Of a stretch of 49,633 nucleotides of DNA, positions 47,498 through 49,633 are shown piece by piece. Where the stretch lies: the NCBI GenBank assembly GCA_003427395.1, contig BFEA01000025.1, positions 1,550,650 through 1,600,282 of the forward strand, read 5' to 3'. A program made the position numbers and the translations under genes. The notes under the pieces are model-generated. The model had not been told where the DNA came from, made no database searches, and saw nothing but the letters and a program-made list of their open reading frames with translations. How positions within the stretch are numbered: position 1 is the first letter of the stretch; the number at the start of each line of letters is the position of its first letter. The DNA is from Chara braunii. Taxonomy: Eukaryota > Plantae > Charophyceae.

Positions 47498-49633
47498 TGT
47501 GAGGAAACCCGGGGAGGGGTCGCCTACCGCTCGCTGAAGCCAAGGGCAACGACGCCTGTCACTCGCCGCGCCCGCTTCCGAGGTCCTCAGCGACCAGGGC
47601 GGTTTGGGGCTTGTGCTGCCTGTCACGCGCCCACTTAGAGCTTGAGTCTGAAGGCTCAGACCATACACTAAAAAAAAGAAAAAAAAAGGGACAAAAGATG
47701 CAGTCCTGCAAATATGAGATCTGTGTCGAGAACCTCGTGGGAACCGTCTCAGATACTCAGGGATATAATCTGCAATTTGTCTGTCCGTGGTACGGGAAGA
47801 AGTTTCGTCTGAACAGCAGATTCACCCCGCAGGCGGGGCACATGTGAAACTGAGCTTAAACCTTCGGGGTCCATCTGCAATTTAGTTCAAACAAAATGCG
47901 GCCATGTCTCCCCCAAAGATTTAACCTCAGCGGAAGCTCAGTGGGAGTAATCTCTCCAGAATTCCAGAAACATTTCAGGGATCACTTCGTCTTACCTCCC
48001 CCTTTACTTCAACCCCATGCTGGTTTCATGTAATACCAATAGTTTATACCCCTGGAAAACCCACAGCCAATGGTCGATATCAAACGAACGTTTCTGGTTC
48101 CCGCTCCGACTGAAGCTTCCTTTTTCAACAGAAATAGAGTGACAGAACCCAGGGGCGGCATATAATAATAAAATTATTATTAAACTATATATGTTATATT
48201 ATGTATATAAAAATTGTAGTGGACGGAAAAATATCAGGAGACAACTTCCTGCAGCTAATTAACAGCTGAATGATGGTGGAAAGACGTTTCACCATAGAGC
48301 CTCATCGGTACCGTCTAATTTAGAAAACCATAACAGTCTCCTTCAGCCGTTACCCCGCTGCACTTCCTGTAGAGCATGCTGGTGACGTTTTTCCCCTTTT
48401 CGTTTTACTTCGTTAAGTTCAAATGTTCGAACCATCAAGATCCGAACGATCAAATCACTCATGTTGAAGGCTTATTGGGCCGTGCATGGTCTGATCTTTA
48501 ATTAGGAGTTTGTGTTGAGAGAGATGGCCCTTAATCGAAAAAAGGGGGGGGGTGAAAATCCGCCCAATAACTCGTGAAGTGCTCATCAATGGAGGTTGGG
48601 GTCTATTGCAGCCTTCGCGTCATCAACATTGAGTTCATGCAGTGCTCTCAAGTTTTTCCCCCCATTTCTCGCTGAGCAAAGAACTCTCTCCCTCTCTCTC
48701 TCCCTCTCTGCAGTCTTCCTCTCTAACTGCAGTCTCTCTCTCTTTGGGCGTGCACAATCTCCCCCTCTTTCCCTCCTTCTATGTTCTTCTTGCGTTATGT
48801 TTGTTTGGACACGGAATCGAGATCCATGCGGTCAGAACCTGCGTCTTCAAGTCCCCCTTGGGGGTATGTGGTCTGATCTGCAATAGGAGCTGGCAGTGGA
48901 GAAAGCTGGTCGATGCCTCATCATCAAGTCATAATGGCATGCTGAAAAAAAACTAGTCCAATCTTACTCGTTGGTCAGAAAGGTTCTCCAATGGGGACGA
49001 CACTCTCTGTTCTTCGTTGGTTGTTCCCTCCGAATCCCACAGATCCAGATAAGAGAGTGGGAAGAAGATTTCGCTGTTCAGTCCTTACCTCATCCACTCA
49101 GCTCTCCCCCACTTCGTGCTTGATTACTCTCTCTCTCTTTCTCTCTCTCCCTCTGTTTCTCTGCAGTCTCTGTCTCTCTTTATAAGATCTGACTCCCTTT
49201 ATTCTTTTTTAATTTATTATTATTATTTTTTTTTTTTGAAGGAAATGCACATCTTGATTGAATAGCAACAACCTTTGTTCATGCGGAAGATTCAGACTTC
49301 TTACGCAGCCATGGTGGCGTTCGAGCTGAAGACTGTTCACTTGAGGCCAGGTTCCCGCATCCGTTTAGCAGGACCCATCAACAGTTGTAAGAGGCTGTTG
49401 CAGGCCTCATCAACAGGGCAAAGAGGCTGAAGCTGGGCCCATTAACAGCGGTAAGTGCGTGACGTTGGTCTCATCTGCAGCGGTGAGTGCTTGACGCTGG
49501 CCTCATCAACAGCGATCCCATCAGCAGCGGTCTCATCAGTAGCGGTAGTGCTCCTGAAGCTGGTCGCATCAGCAGCGGTGAGTGCTTGACGCTGGCCTCA
49601 TCAACAGCGGTAAGAACTTGAAGATGGTCTCAT
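47498..49633 (-). mobile_element. LTR related to the 4.3-kb LTR family, probably running out of the window
   Basis: First about 100 bp (TGTGAGGAAACCCGGGGAGGGGTCGCCTAC...GAGGTCCTCAG) match 11485 and 31377. Beyond that similarity is weak, so the right boundary is unknown. Confidence 0.65.
49375..49633. repeat. degenerate short tandem repeats (GCCTCATCAACAGCGG / GTGAGTGCTTGACGCTG)
   Basis: Recurrent motifs with roughly 35-bp spacing. Confidence 0.75.

Overview
Eukaryotic, transposon-saturated window with no recognisable host gene. Element style resembles a charophyte/streptophyte genome such as Chara; that is an impression, not a database result. Left to right: (1) a decayed chromodomain-bearing Ty3/gypsy element on + (about 1850-8992); (2) a 38-bp Nextera mate-pair junction adapter left in the assembly at 9060-9097; (3) a fragment of a second gypsy element on - (9182-11137); (4) a 24.2-kb LTR retrotransposon on - (11485-35695) with 4.2-4.3-kb LTRs, a tRNA-Asp PBS, a 4-bp TSD, decayed gag-PR-RT-RH-INT, about 4.5 kb of unexplained coding sequence upstream of gag and a tandem/hairpin array; (5) small fold-back repeats; (6) three diverged head-to-tail LINE ORF2 C-terminal fragments, the first split by a 2.4-kb solo LTR; (7) after an N gap, a relative of that LTR with a tRNA-iMet PBS and gag, cut by a further LTR. 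The most notable signal is an ORF inside the LTR of the last family. It lies downstream of a conserved TATA box, and its protein (Cys/Pro/Trp pattern) aligns almost without gaps between two divergent copies, suggesting an LTR-encoded accessory gene. All alignments were done by eye.
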